This document shows, piece by piece, positions 48,854 through 59,271 of a stretch of DNA of 64,000 nucleotides. The notes under the pieces were generated by a model that was not told where the DNA came from, ran no database searches, and saw only the letters and a program-made list of their open reading frames with translations. The position numbers and the translations under genes are program-made. Source of the stretch: Phycisphaerae bacterium (GTDB lineage: Bacteria > Planctomycetota > Phycisphaerae > UBA1845 > Fen-1342); the NCBI GenBank assembly GCA_050115495.1, contig JASFQK010000001.1, positions 96,001 through 160,000 on the forward strand, read 5' to 3'. Numbering within the stretch: the first letter of the stretch is position 1; every line of letters begins with the position of its first letter.

Positions 48854-49867
48854 GTGGTTGTGGGAACGGAGCAAGCAGTGCTGACGCCTCCGAGGGAGAA
48901 GGGTGAAGTCGTCGCCGAGCTGCGCAAGGTCGGGCCGGCGGCCAAACTGCCCGCGGGAGCCGTGTTGAAGTCGCTGTCGGCGTCGGATCGGCGGCTGCTG
49001 CGCCGGCGGGTCACCGAGCCCGTCGAGTGCATGTTCGATCCAAGCTTTCTTGGCTGGAATGGCCAGGTGGCGCGGCCGCCGAAGGAAAGCGACAACGCAG
49101 CGCGGGGGGCGCAGGCGAATGACGACAGTGGGCTGAACCTGTTGGGGAATGTGTGCTCGAGCGACGTCCGGTCGGACGACGAGAAGCACATGTTCCTCTG
49201 GTTGAACTACTGCCGCTATCGCGTCCTGCGGATCATCGAGCAGAACTCGGGGCAGCGGCTCACGGCGCAGTCCGTGGCCGAGCTGCTGCGCTGGGAGCAT
49301 GCGGCGGCGCAGGTGCGCGAAGAGCTGGTACGGTCCAACGTGCCGCTGGTGCTGGCGATGGCCAAGCGGGCGCGGGCGACGCGGGTCGACTTCGCCGACC
49401 TGGTCAGCGAGGGCAACCTGGCGCTGTTGCGGGCGGTGGACAAGTTCGACTGCCGGCGCGGCTACAAGTTCAGCACGTACGCCTGTCGCGCGATCCTGAA
49501 GAGCTTCTCGCGCGTGGCGACGCGGGCCTCGCGCTATCGCGGTCGCTTCCCGACGGAGTTTGATCCGACGCTGGAGAAGAGCGACCACGTCGAGCGAAAG
49601 CGCGTCGACGCCGAGGAAGATTGCCTCTCCGAGTTGCGGAGCATCCTGGGCAAGAACGTGGCCGAGCTCAGCGACGTCGAGCAGAAAGTTATTCGGGCGC
49701 GGTTCTCACTGGAAGGAACGTCCGAGAACGGCGAACCGCTGCAGGGCAAGACGCTCGAGCAGGTGGGGACGATGATCGGCGTGACGAAGGAGCGGGTCCG
49801 CCAGATCCAGAACAAGGCGCTCGGCAAGCTGCGGAAGGTGTTGGAAGACGGCTTCCTGCGGCCGTAG
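48854..49867 (+). CDS. Sigma-70 family RNA polymerase sigma factor (regions 2 and 4)
   Basis: LV.SN.PLV..MAKR, DLVSEGN.AL.RAVDKFD..RGYKFSTYA, TLEQVG..IGVTKERVRQIQNKAL.KLR; start uncertain. Confidence 0.92.
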   Translation: MVVGTEQAVLTPPREKGEVVAELRKVGPAAKLPAGAVLKSLSASDRRLLRRRVTEPVECMFDPSFLGWNGQVARPPKESDNAARGAQANDDSGLNLLGNVCSSDVRSDDEKHMFLWLNYCRYRVLRIIEQNSGQRLTAQSVAELLRWEHAAAQVREELVRSNVPLVLAMAKRARATRVDFADLVSEGNLALLRAVDKFDCRRGYKFSTYACRAILKSFSRVATRASRYRGRFPTEFDPTLEKSDHVERKRVDAEEDCLSELRSILGKNVAELSDVEQKVIRARFSLEGTSENGEPLQGKTLEQVGTMIGVTKERVRQIQNKALGKLRKVLEDGFLRP

Positions 49868-49910
49868 ACGCGATGAAACGGGCGGCGCCGCGCGTCGCCC
49901 TGGCGATGAA

Positions 49911-49964
49911 ACCCGGACGGCAGTGGCGTCGGTGGCGACAAAACGGCCGTCCGGGTCTTTTTTT
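49911..49964 (+). terminator. Rho-independent terminator after the sigma gene
   Basis: ACCCGGACGGC...GCCGTCCGGGT followed by CTTTTTTT. Confidence 0.7.
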
Positions 49965-50097
49965 GTCCGCGTTAAGCCTGGGGGCCTCAAAAACGTTTGA
50001 CGCCAGAGCGCGGCGAGCCATACGATCAGATGCAAACCCTGTACGCCGCTGCGTTGGCTCCCGCAGCACTCCGGGATAACCATTGAGTGGGCGTACC

Positions 50098-50817
50098 ATG
50101 AACGTGGCCGTTGTGGGCCGCGGACGGAGTAATAGTGTGCCGATCGGGCAGGGAGTAGTTCCCGTGGTTCGCGACAACGCCGGAGAGCAAGTACTCGAAC
50201 CCGGTGGCGAGCTCGCCGGCGGCGCTGTTGTCCAGTTATTGCTCTCGCGTTGCACGCCTGACGGATTGACGGCCCTGGCGGCCTGCGAGGTGGGGGATAT
50301 GCAGTGTGCGGCGGTCGTGTGCCTGGGGATGAAGGGCACGATGCGGCACTGCTTGCCATTGGCGACGCTGCTGCATCACGAGGACGCGCGGCTGGTCGCC
50401 CTGGCTGAGAACAGCCTGTGGCAGATCTGGATGCGAGCGGGCAGTGATTATGGGAACACGGTTCTGGCCCGCGCCGTGGATCTGATTAGCCACGAGCGCT
50501 ATGAGCATGCCTTGCGCGTGCTCGACGGCTTGTGTGCCCTCGAGCCGCGTTTCGCCGAGCCGCGGCATCAGCGGGGCATCGTGCTGTTCTCCATGGGGCG
50601 GATCGCCGAGGCGGCGGCGGCTTTCCGGGCGGCGTTGCGGCGGAACCGGCATCACTTCTCGGCGGCGCTGAACCTGGGACATACGTTCGCGGAGCGTGGG
50701 AACCTGCGGGCGGCGTTGCGGCACTACCAGTACGCCTTGCATCTGCATCCGCGGCTCGAAGGCATTCCGGAGGTGGTCCGGGAACTCGAGGCGGCGCTGG
50801 GGCGCAAGGGCGCGTAG
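50098..50817 (+). CDS. HEAT/TPR repeat protein
   Basis: AENSLWQIW; P.FAE..HQRG.....G....A...F..AL..N..HF.A. Confidence 0.75.
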   Translation: MNVAVVGRGRSNSVPIGQGVVPVVRDNAGEQVLEPGGELAGGAVVQLLLSRCTPDGLTALAACEVGDMQCAAVVCLGMKGTMRHCLPLATLLHHEDARLVALAENSLWQIWMRAGSDYGNTVLARAVDLISHERYEHALRVLDGLCALEPRFAEPRHQRGIVLFSMGRIAEAAAAFRAALRRNRHHFSAALNLGHTFAERGNLRAALRHYQYALHLHPRLEGIPEVVRELEAALGRKGA

Positions 50818-50830
50818 GCTGGGCGGCGCC

Positions 50831-50890
50831 GGGCACTGGTGGGCAAGCCACCAGTGGCACCCGCATGCGGCAAGCCATCGGTGGCACCCA
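50831..50890. repeat. REP-like element
   Basis: GGGCACTGGTGGGCAAGCCACCAGTGGCACCC (exact reverse complement of 2898-2929) plus a partial second copy. Confidence 0.8.
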
Positions 50891-50928
50891 TCCGGATCCA
50901 TTCGGGGGAAAGGCAGGGAGTTGCGGCG

Positions 50929-51546
50929 GTGGAACGGGTCCTGCTCTATGGCGGGTCGTTTGATCCGATTCACTTCGGTCATCTGATTATCAGTCGTTGG
51001 GTCGCCGAGACGCTGGGGGTGCAGCGCGTTGTGCTCGTGCCGGGGGCGGTTCCGCCACACAAGCAGGATGTTCGGCTGGCGCCGGCGACGGACCGGCTGG
51101 CGATGTGCCGGCTGGCGGTGGAGGGGGATGCGCAGTTCGGGGTAAGCGACTGGGAGCTTGGGCAGCCGGGGCCGAACTACACGCTGCGCACCATCCGCCA
51201 CTTCCGCGAGGCGCTGGGGACGGGTGTGGAGTTGTGTTGGCTCATCGGGCTGGACAGTCTGCCGGAGCTGGCGACGTGGTATCACGTGGCGGAGCTGGTC
51301 GACGAGTGCACGATCGTGACCGCGGCGCGCCCGGGATATGAAGATCCCGACCTCGCGCGTCTGAATGGTGTGTTGTCGGCGGAGCAAGTGCGGCGGCTCC
51401 GCGAGAATGTGCTGGCCAGCCCACGTATTGATATCAGCGCCACGGAGATTCGAGCGCGGTTGCGCGCGGGGCGTGATGTGCGGTATCTCGTGCCGGAAGC
51501 GGTGCAGGCGTACATCGCGGAGCGGGGGTTGTATCGCGCGTTGTGA
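50929..51546 (+). CDS. nadD: Nicotinate-nucleotide adenylyltransferase
   Basis: YGGSFDPIHFGH, PPHK, NYTLRT, ISATEIR, GLY. Confidence 0.95.
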   Translation: MERVLLYGGSFDPIHFGHLIISRWVAETLGVQRVVLVPGAVPPHKQDVRLAPATDRLAMCRLAVEGDAQFGVSDWELGQPGPNYTLRTIRHFREALGTGVELCWLIGLDSLPELATWYHVAELVDECTIVTAARPGYEDPDLARLNGVLSAEQVRRLRENVLASPRIDISATEIRARLRAGRDVRYLVPEAVQAYIAERGLYRAL

Positions 51547-51673
51547 CGCGCGGTACGCGGCGGGGGTCTTCACCGTCCGAGTATGTTCGCTATACTGGCG
51601 GCGCATTTGGGTGTGGATGGTCGCCGACCCGTTCCGGCCGGGGCGGCCCAGGGCGCTGCATAGCGAGGTAGGT

Positions 51674-52828
51674 ATGAAAATCGCGGTACCGAAGGAGATT
51701 CGGGCGGGGGAGCGACGTGTCGGGCTGGTGCCTGAGTCGGTGAAGAAGCTGGTGAAGGCGGGGATCGAAGTCGCCATCGAAGCGGGGGCCGGCGACAGCG
51801 CGTACATACCGGATCGGAATTACGAGGAAGCCGGGGCACGCATCGAGCGCGACCTGGCGACGCTGTTGCGCGAGGCGGACTTCGTGCTGAAGGTTCAGCC
51901 GCCCGTGGCGGACGCGCCGGCCGAGGTGGAGCAGTATCGCGAGGGGGCGATGCTGCTGTGCACGCTGATGCCGACGGTGAACCTGGACGTCGTGCGACAG
52001 CTCGTGTCGCGAAAGATCAGCGCGTTCGCGACGGACTGTATTCCGCGAACGACGCGGGCGCAGTCGATGGACACGTTGAGCTCGATGGCGAACATCGCCG
52101 GCTACAAGGCGGTGCTCATCGCGGCGAACGAGCTGGCGAAGTACTTCCCGATGTTCATGACGGCGGCGGGGACGATCTTCGCGGCGAAGGTGTTCGTGAT
52201 CGGGGCGGGCGTCGCCGGCCTGCAGGCCATCGCCACAGCGCGCCGGTTGGGGGCGACGGTGGTGGCGACGGACACGCGCAAGTCGGTGGGCGAACAGATT
52301 CAGAGTCTGGGCGCGAAGTTCGCCGGCGTGGAGAGCGAAGAGGACGCCGAGACGGCGAGCGGTTACGCGAAGGCGCTGTCGGAGGACTTCTACCGGCGGC
52401 AGGGGCAACTGATCGCCGAGCATTGTGCGGGGAGCGACGTGGTGATCACGACGGCGCTGATCGGCGGCGTGAAGGCGCCGCGGCTGATCACGGCGGAGAT
52501 GGTGAAGGCCATGCAGCCGGGGTCGGTGATCGTGGACCTGGCGGCGACGGCGGGCGGCAACTGCGAGCTCACCGAGCCGGGTAAGACGGTGGAGAAGAAC
52601 GGCGTGAGAATCTGTGCTCCGCTGAACCTGCCGTCGGACATGCCGCTGCACGGGAGTACGTTGTACTCGCGGAACCTGACGACCTTCGTGCTGGAGTTCT
52701 GGAAAGAGGGGGCGTTCAAGCTGGATCCTGAGGATGAGATCATTTCCGGGGCGCTGGTGACGCACGCGGGCGAGGTGCGGCACGAGCCGACGCGCAAGGC
52801 CCTGGGTGGTAGTGAGGCGACATCATGA
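51674..52828 (+). CDS. pntA: NAD(P) transhydrogenase alpha subunit, domain I
   Basis: PKE...GERRV, PR.TRAQSMD.LSS, GAGVAGLQA, GYAK, GGNC. Confidence 0.95.
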   Translation: MKIAVPKEIRAGERRVGLVPESVKKLVKAGIEVAIEAGAGDSAYIPDRNYEEAGARIERDLATLLREADFVLKVQPPVADAPAEVEQYREGAMLLCTLMPTVNLDVVRQLVSRKISAFATDCIPRTTRAQSMDTLSSMANIAGYKAVLIAANELAKYFPMFMTAAGTIFAAKVFVIGAGVAGLQAIATARRLGATVVATDTRKSVGEQIQSLGAKFAGVESEEDAETASGYAKALSEDFYRRQGQLIAEHCAGSDVVITTALIGGVKAPRLITAEMVKAMQPGSVIVDLAATAGGNCELTEPGKTVEKNGVRICAPLNLPSDMPLHGSTLYSRNLTTFVLEFWKEGAFKLDPEDEIISGALVTHAGEVRHEPTRKALGGSEATS

Positions 52829-53136
52829 CGTGGTTACTGGCCGAAGGGGGAGACATACTGGGTCCATTGTCGACGCACCTGGTGGTGTTCCTGTTGGCGA
52901 TTCTGCTCGGCTTCGAGGTGATCTCGAAGGTGCCGGCGACGCTGCACACACCGCTGATGTCGGGGTCAAACGCGATCTCGGGCATCACCATCGTCGGGGC
53001 GCTGGTGATTGCCAGCGTCAGCGTGGGCTGGGTGCGCTACGTGTTCGGCTTCCTGGCGATGGTGTTCGCCACGATCAACGTGGTGGGCGGGTTCATGGTG
53101 ACCGACCGCATGTTGGCGATGTTCAAGAAGAGATAG
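52825..53136 (+). CDS. pntA: NAD(P) transhydrogenase alpha subunit, membrane part
   Basis: LHTPLMSGSNAISG, NVVGGFMVTDRML.MF. Confidence 0.93.
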   Translation: MTWLLAEGGDILGPLSTHLVVFLLAILLGFEVISKVPATLHTPLMSGSNAISGITIVGALVIASVSVGWVRYVFGFLAMVFATINVVGGFMVTDRMLAMFKKR

Positions 53137-53146
53137 GAGGGCGAGC

Positions 53147-54619
53147 ATGACGGTAGCGATGATGCTGACGACGATGCTGGCCCAGGCGACGAGCGAACCG
53201 GCGACGATGCCGGCCGCGACCGGTGGGGCACGCGTCTTCTTCGTGAACCTGATCTACGCGGTGTCCGCGATCTTCTTCGTGTTTGGTTTGAAGATGCTGT
53301 CGTCGCCGCGGACGGCGCGGAAAGGCAATCTCGTGGCGGCGATCGGCATGCTGATCGCCGTGGTGACCACGCTGGCCAGCGAGGTAGGGTTGGACTGGGG
53401 CGTGATCATCGCCGGCCTGGTGGTCGGCGCAGCGGTGGGCGGCTACGCGGCGCGGGCCGTGCCGATGACGGGGATGCCGGAGATGGTGGCCCTGTTCAAC
53501 GGCTCAGGCGGTCTGGCGTCGGCGGTGGTGGCGATGGCGGAGTATTGGCAGAAGGGCCTGTCGACGCATCTGCTGGACGCTCGGATCACGATTTCGCTGA
53601 CGCTATTGATCGGTATGGTGACGTTCACCGGCAGCGTGGTGGCCTTCGGGAAGCTGCGCGGGTTGACGGTGGCCGGCGTGCGGCTGGGCAATCCGCTGAC
53701 GTTCCCGTGGCAGCATCCGCTGAACCTGGCGATGATCCTGGTCGTGGTGCTGCTGGGCGTGGCGGTGGCGATGAACCCGACGGCGTGGTGGGCGGTGGTA
53801 CTCATCATCCTGCTGGCCGGGGTGCTGGGCGTGCTGATCACGGTGCCGATCGGCGGGGCGGACATGCCGGTGGTCGTGTCGCTGCTGAACTCGTATTCGG
53901 GTCTGGCGGCGTGCGCGGCGGGCTTCGTGCTGCACAACACCGGGCTCATCATCAGCGGCTCGCTAGTCGGGGCGTCGGGATTGATCCTGACGAAGATCAT
54001 GTGCAAGGCCATGAACCGTTCGCTGATCAACGTGATGGCCGGCGGGTTTGGCCAGGACATCTCGGCGGCGGGCGCGACCACCGGCGGCGATCGGACCGTC
54101 CGGCAGATGGACGCCGAAGAGGCGGCCATGGTGCTCGAAGACGCCCAGACCGTATTCATCATTCCGGGTTACGGCATGGCCGTGGCCCAGGCGCAGCACG
54201 CCGTGGCGGAGATGGCGGCGCAGCTCGGCAAGCGCGGCGTGACGGTGAAGTATGGTGTGCACCCGGTCGCGGGCCGCATGCCGGGGCACATGAACGTGCT
54301 GCTGGCCGAGGCGAACGTGCCGTACGAGCAACTGGCCGACCTCGAGTTGAACTCGGAGATCGAGCGCTGCGACGTCGCCCTGGTCATCGGGGCGAACGAC
54401 GTGGTGAACCCCGACGCCCGGCGGCAGGGCAGCCAGATCTACGGCATGCCCATCTTCGACGTCGACAAGGCCCGGACGGTGATGGTCTGCAAGCGCAGCC
54501 TCAACCCTGGTTTTGCCGGCATCGAGAACCCGCTGTTCTTCCTGCCGAACACGGTGATGCTGTTCGGCGACGCGAAGAAGATGGTGAGCGAGATCGTCAA
54601 CGAGCTGAAGGCGGATTGA
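53147..54619 (+). CDS. pntB: NAD(P) transhydrogenase beta subunit
   Basis: IGGADMPVVVSLLNSYSG, GYGMAVAQAQH, HPVAGRMPGHMNVLLAEA. Confidence 0.96.
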   Translation: MTVAMMLTTMLAQATSEPATMPAATGGARVFFVNLIYAVSAIFFVFGLKMLSSPRTARKGNLVAAIGMLIAVVTTLASEVGLDWGVIIAGLVVGAAVGGYAARAVPMTGMPEMVALFNGSGGLASAVVAMAEYWQKGLSTHLLDARITISLTLLIGMVTFTGSVVAFGKLRGLTVAGVRLGNPLTFPWQHPLNLAMILVVVLLGVAVAMNPTAWWAVVLIILLAGVLGVLITVPIGGADMPVVVSLLNSYSGLAACAAGFVLHNTGLIISGSLVGASGLILTKIMCKAMNRSLINVMAGGFGQDISAAGATTGGDRTVRQMDAEEAAMVLEDAQTVFIIPGYGMAVAQAQHAVAEMAAQLGKRGVTVKYGVHPVAGRMPGHMNVLLAEANVPYEQLADLELNSEIERCDVALVIGANDVVNPDARRQGSQIYGMPIFDVDKARTVMVCKRSLNPGFAGIENPLFFLPNTVMLFGDAKKMVSEIVNELKAD

Positions 54620-54753
54620 CCGCCGGCCGGGCGCCGGCGGACGGGGGTTTGACAGGGTTCGTGGCGGGGGCCGCAGGGGCTGTGCGCCACCATTTCAGAC
54701 GCTCGCGGAACGGGTCGATAGAGCCGGGGTCAGGCGCGAAGAGCGGTAATGCG

Positions 54754-55545
54754 ATGACTCTGGACCTGGAAGATCTGCTGGCTGATTGGGTGTGCCCCGC
54801 GGGCGAGATTTGCGCCCGCATGGTGGTCGGCCGCGACGGGGCGGAACTGCTGCAATTGCGGGTGGACCTGGGCGTAATGCAGATGTTTCCGGACGGTGGT
54901 CCGGACGGCCGCCGGTATGGCGGGCTGCCGACGGTGCTGGACTACATCCGGCATGAGTTGCGCTTGTCGGACGGCGAGGTACGGGAGGAGGATTGGCAGG
55001 AGCTGGAGCGGGAACTTCACCAGACGAACTATCGGCGGCTGGCCCTGTCCAGCTTGGCCGAAGATGCGCTGGGACGGAACGAGGTGGACGAGGCGATCGA
55101 CCACCTGACGCGGGCCCGGCGGGACACGGGGGCCTGCCTGGAGATGCTGCGGGTGGCCGCGGAGAACGACGGCGCTTTCGGGCGGGCGAGCCTGGCCCTG
55201 CGGCCGACGCTGGTGTTCCACCACGGGCGCCTGCTCGTGCAGTTGCGGATCACCGAGGCGCTGTACGAGGAGGCCGTCGAGGCGGCCGGGCAGGCCGCGG
55301 ACGAACTGGCCGAACTGCTGACCGACCTCGGCTTCGACGACGAGCAGGGCGAGCAGGATCCGGGCGTGGTGTTCCTGCGGGATCTGGAGCAGCGATTGCG
55401 GCGGGAGTACGGGATCTCGGAGACGCTGCGCGAGCGACTGGCAGTGGCGATTGAGCAGGAGGACTTCGAGGCGGCGGCGCGTCTACGCGACGAGCTGCGC
55501 CGGCGGAGCCTGGGCGAAGCAACGGAAGGGGACGACCTGGACTAG
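54754..55545 (+). CDS. UvrB/UvrC (UVR) motif-containing protein
   Basis: LQLRVDLG..QM...G.PDG; C-terminal L..AIEQEDFEAAARLRDEL. Confidence 0.8.
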   Translation: MTLDLEDLLADWVCPAGEICARMVVGRDGAELLQLRVDLGVMQMFPDGGPDGRRYGGLPTVLDYIRHELRLSDGEVREEDWQELERELHQTNYRRLALSSLAEDALGRNEVDEAIDHLTRARRDTGACLEMLRVAAENDGAFGRASLALRPTLVFHHGRLLVQLRITEALYEEAVEAAGQAADELAELLTDLGFDDEQGEQDPGVVFLRDLEQRLRREYGISETLRERLAVAIEQEDFEAAARLRDELRRRSLGEATEGDDLD

Positions 55546-55678
55546 CAGGTCACGCGGGGGAGCATCAGCGCAAAACAAGACTGGGCCGTACAGCGGCGTT
55601 GCGCGAGCAGGGAGAGCGGAGCAACAGGCCGCGGGCGGCGCCCGCCGGTGGGACAGGCGCCGCGCGGCCGAAGTCCGA

Positions 55679-56023
55679 CTAGCAGACCATGTCCTTGAGG
55701 CCCTTGAGCGGGCGGATGCGGACGACCTTGCGCGAGGGCTTGGCCTTGAACATCATCTCCTCGCCGGTGCGGGGATTGATGCCCTTGCGCGCCTTGGTGG
55801 CCGGCTTGACGACGACCTTGACCTTCATGAGGCCGGGGACGGTGAAGATCTTGGGGCCTTTGGTGAGGTCCTTCTTGATCATACCGGTCATGCCGTCGAA
55901 GACTGCGGCGACCTGCTTGCGGGTGATGCCGACGGATTCGGCCAGTTCCCCGAAAATGGCCGACTTCGTACGGGGCTTGCTGGCGGCGGTCTTCTTGGCC
56001 GCCTTCTTGGTTGCCTTCGCCAT
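55679..56023 (-). CDS. HU-family DNA-binding protein with a Lys/Ala-rich N-terminus
   Basis: TKS....ELAE..G...KQV, FTVPGL.K, ARKGINPRTGEE..FKAKP. Confidence 0.9.
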   Translation of the reverse strand: MAKATKKAAKKTAASKPRTKSAIFGELAESVGITRKQVAAVFDGMTGMIKKDLTKGPKIFTVPGLMKVKVVVKPATKARKGINPRTGEEMMFKAKPSRKVVRIRPLKGLKDMVC

Positions 56024-56284
56024 CCTTGCTGTTCCTCCGGGACAGGGCGAGTGTACCTGGCGAACTCGCTGTCCGCTTGTGAATCCTGCCTGTCGGAGGC
56101 GGCGGAACATGCCGGAGGGCGCACACCCATCCGTCGCCGACCTCAACAGGGCCAGGCCGCGCCACAAACGATTGATTTCACTGCGGCAACTTCTGGCTCA
56201 GTTTTGCCGCGGCGTCAAGGGGTCTGACGCGGAAACCGGCCGGAAACGACGATTTTTTCGGGAAATGCGGTGGCGGCGGGTCGC

Positions 56285-57406
56285 TTAGGTGCTGCGCCGG
56301 CGGGGACGGCGCGGTGCCCGCTTGCGTCGGATGCGCGTCGGGTGAAGCGGTTCCGGGACGGCCGGGACCGGCTCCGCGTTCACGGTATCGAGCAGACGGC
56401 GCAGGCCGGCGAAGCTGCGGCGGTCGAAATGCAGGCGCAGGTGCGGCAGTTCGGCGAAGCGGGGGTCGTCCTCGGGCAGCCCGAGGTGCTGCTCGATGTG
56501 GCCGTCGACCAGCAGGCCGCCGTACTCGTCGTTGAGGAGGGTCAGCGTATTGGGGGAAACGGGCCGTTGCAGGCGGAGGATCAGGTCGTCGCGGACGTAG
56601 CGCATCGAGTGGTAGACGCGGTAGAAGTCGCGGATGACGCGGACGGCCTTTTCGACGTCGTCGGTGATGTGGAACAGGTTCAGGTCGCCGGGATCGATCA
56701 TCCCGCCGCGGGCGAGTTCCGCGGCGACGTAGGCGCGCCACTGGAGCCAGTAGGTGCCGCCCGGCTGTTCGACCATGACGATGGGGATCATGGGAGCCTT
56801 TCCGGTCTGGATGAGGGTGAGGGCCTCGAAGCCCTCGTCCTGCGTGCCGAAGCCACCGGGGAAGAGGACGACGGCGGAGGCCTCCTTGATGAAGATGAGT
56901 TTACGGGTGAAGAAGTAGCGGAAGTTGACGAGCTTGCTGTCGGCGGCGATGACGGTGTTGGTCTTCTGTTCGAAGGGCAGGCGGATGGCGACGCCGAAGC
57001 TGGCCTGCCTGCCGGCGCCGTGGTGGCCGGCCTTCATGATGCCGTCGCCGGCCCCGGTGATAACCATCCAGTTGTTCTCGCACATGCGGCGGGCGAACTC
57101 GACGGCGGCGAGATAGTCGGGGTGGTCTTCGGGCGTGCGGCTGGAGCCGAAGATGCTGACCTTGCGGATGTGCGTGTAGGGGGTGAAGACCTTCAGGGCA
57201 TAGCGCAGCTCGGCCAGGGCCCGGCTGAGCAGCTTGACGTCGCCGCGGCCGGCCTTGTCGCGGGCCAGGCGGCAGAGCGTGGCCAGCATCTCGGCGAAGA
57301 GGTGCTGGTTCTCGCCGGCGAAGTAGCGGGCGGAGAAATCGGCGATGGCGGCGTCGCGCTCAGCGCGAGAGGCGGCGACGGACAGTGGTTCCGCGCGTTC
57401 GGGCAC
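56285..57406 (-). CDS. LOG-family (lysine decarboxylase-like) nucleotide-binding protein
   Basis: SIFGSSR, ITGAG.GIM.A, LPFEQ, YFFTRK, PGGFGT.DE. Confidence 0.88.
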   Translation of the reverse strand: MPERAEPLSVAASRAERDAAIADFSARYFAGENQHLFAEMLATLCRLARDKAGRGDVKLLSRALAELRYALKVFTPYTHIRKVSIFGSSRTPEDHPDYLAAVEFARRMCENNWMVITGAGDGIMKAGHHGAGRQASFGVAIRLPFEQKTNTVIAADSKLVNFRYFFTRKLIFIKEASAVVLFPGGFGTQDEGFEALTLIQTGKAPMIPIVMVEQPGGTYWLQWRAYVAAELARGGMIDPGDLNLFHITDDVEKAVRVIRDFYRVYHSMRYVRDDLILRLQRPVSPNTLTLLNDEYGGLLVDGHIEQHLGLPEDDPRFAELPHLRLHFDRRSFAGLRRLLDTVNAEPVPAVPEPLHPTRIRRKRAPRRPRRRST

Positions 57407-57587
57407 GGCTTGCTCCTGGATCGTAAACTGGGTTGGGCGCGTCGAAACCGCCCGTGGAAGCGGATTCTACGTTCGTGTCGGGAGTTGCGAAATCGCCGTC
57501 GGCGGATTGACAGCCTTGCCTAAGCTGTTCTAGCATAAGCTCTTTCGATCGTGGAAGGCTGAACGTCTCGGCGCGGTGGGTACGTTC

Positions 57588-59117
57588 ATGGACTGGGCGT
57601 CACTAAGTTCGTTCACACTAATGGCTTACCTCATTGTGTTGAGCCTGGTGTGCATTTACGGTGTGCACCGGTACTTCCTGGTCATGCTGTATTACGGGGT
57701 GAAACGCCGCGGGCCGAGGGTCCAGCGAGAATTTTCTGACCTCCCCCCAGTGACCGTCCAGTTGCCGATGTTCAACGAGCGGTATGTGGCTCGGCGGATC
57801 ATCGAGGCGGCCTGCCAGATCGACTATCCCCGTGACCGCTTGCAGATCCAGGTGCTGGACGATTCGACGGACGACACGCAGGAGATCGCCCGGGAGACGG
57901 TCGATCGGCTGCGGGCCGCCGGCCACGACGTCGTCTACCGGCACCGGGACAACCGTGTCGGCTACAAGGCCGGCGCCCTGGAAGAGGGTACGCGCGAGGC
58001 CACCGGCGAGTTCATCGCCATCTTCGACGCCGACTTCCTGCCGCCGGCGGAAATCCTCCGGCGGACCATCCACCACTTCACGGATAAGAGGGTGGGGATG
58101 GTGCAGACCCGCTGGGCGCACCTGAACCGTGATATCTCCGTGCTGACCGAGGCCCAGGCCGTACTGCTGGACGGGCACTTCGTCATCGAGCACACCGCCC
58201 GCAACCGCTCCGGCCGCTTCATGAGCTTCAACGGCACCGCCGGCATCTGGCGCAAGTCGACGATCGCCGCCGCCGGCGGCTGGCAGCACGACACGCTGAC
58301 CGAGGACCTGGATCTTTCGTACCGGGCTCAACTCGGCGGGTGGAAGTTCGTCTTTCTGCCCGAGCTGACCTCGCCGGCGGAACTCCCGCCGGAGATGAAT
58401 GCTTTCAAGGCCCAGCAGCACCGTTGGACGAAGGGCGGGGCACAGACCTGCCGCAAGCTGCTGCCGAAGGTCCTGTGGAGCAGGTCGCCCTGGCGCGTGA
58501 AGCTGGAGGCTTTCTTCCATCTGACCAGTTGGGTCGTGTACATCCTGATCGTGGTGCTGAGCCTGCTGATCGGGCCAGCGATGTACGCCAAGTTGCTCGA
58601 CAAGACCCAGCAGCCGGTCTGGCAGACGGCCCTCGAGTTCGTGCTGTTCATCGTCGGCTTCGGCTCGGGCCTGCTCTTCTACGTGTGCAGCCAGCGCGAG
58701 TTGCGGCGGTCGTGGTACCAGAGCACGAAATACGTCCCGGCGCTGATGGCCGTGGGCATCGGTATCGCCTTCAACAACGCCATCGCCGCCGTCGAGGCCT
58801 TCGTGACGAAGACCGGCGAGTTCGTGCGGACGCCGAAGTTCGGGGAGGAGGCCGGCAAGGGTGGCCGGTGGCGGAATCGGATCGGCAGCTTCCGGCACCG
58901 CAAGAGCTGGCAGACCTGGGCGGAGCTGGGTATGGCCCTCTACCTGACGGCGTGCCTGGTGGGCCTGTTCTTCTTCGATGACTGGTTCAAGCGGATTTCG
59001 GCGGCGATTCCGTTTCTGCTGGTCTTCATTGGCGGGTATTACTACGTGTCGATCCAGACGCTATATACGCAGTGGGCGTCGCGGCGGGAGGCGTCGCGGG
59101 CGGCCGCCGCCGGCTGA
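57588..59117 (+). CDS. GT2 cellulose-synthase-like glycosyltransferase (CslA/mannan synthase-like)
   Basis: VQLPMFNE, QVLDDSTD, YKAGAL, FDADF, TEDLD, QQHRW; C-terminal TM helices. Confidence 0.9.
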   Translation: MDWASLSSFTLMAYLIVLSLVCIYGVHRYFLVMLYYGVKRRGPRVQREFSDLPPVTVQLPMFNERYVARRIIEAACQIDYPRDRLQIQVLDDSTDDTQEIARETVDRLRAAGHDVVYRHRDNRVGYKAGALEEGTREATGEFIAIFDADFLPPAEILRRTIHHFTDKRVGMVQTRWAHLNRDISVLTEAQAVLLDGHFVIEHTARNRSGRFMSFNGTAGIWRKSTIAAAGGWQHDTLTEDLDLSYRAQLGGWKFVFLPELTSPAELPPEMNAFKAQQHRWTKGGAQTCRKLLPKVLWSRSPWRVKLEAFFHLTSWVVYILIVVLSLLIGPAMYAKLLDKTQQPVWQTALEFVLFIVGFGSGLLFYVCSQRELRRSWYQSTKYVPALMAVGIGIAFNNAIAAVEAFVTKTGEFVRTPKFGEEAGKGGRWRNRIGSFRHRKSWQTWAELGMALYLTACLVGLFFFDDWFKRISAAIPFLLVFIGGYYYVSIQTLYTQWASRREASRAAAAG

Positions 59118-59271
59118 TCCGGGTTCCCCGGGGGGTTCACCGAGGCGAGTTGGGGGGAAAATGTGCAAGCGGGGCGCGAGCCGACTAGAATACATATTAA
59201 TCAGGGTGTGGCGCGGGGCGCGGTCGCCGCGCCCGTAGCAGGGCCCGCAATTCCGGTTTCGGTGCCGACGG

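Noticed and set aside
39134..54619. NAD-centred system (NUDIX, nadD, pntAB, plus distant cobB)
   Set aside because: Ordinary housekeeping genes, dispersed and not co-operonic apart from nadD-pnt proximity.
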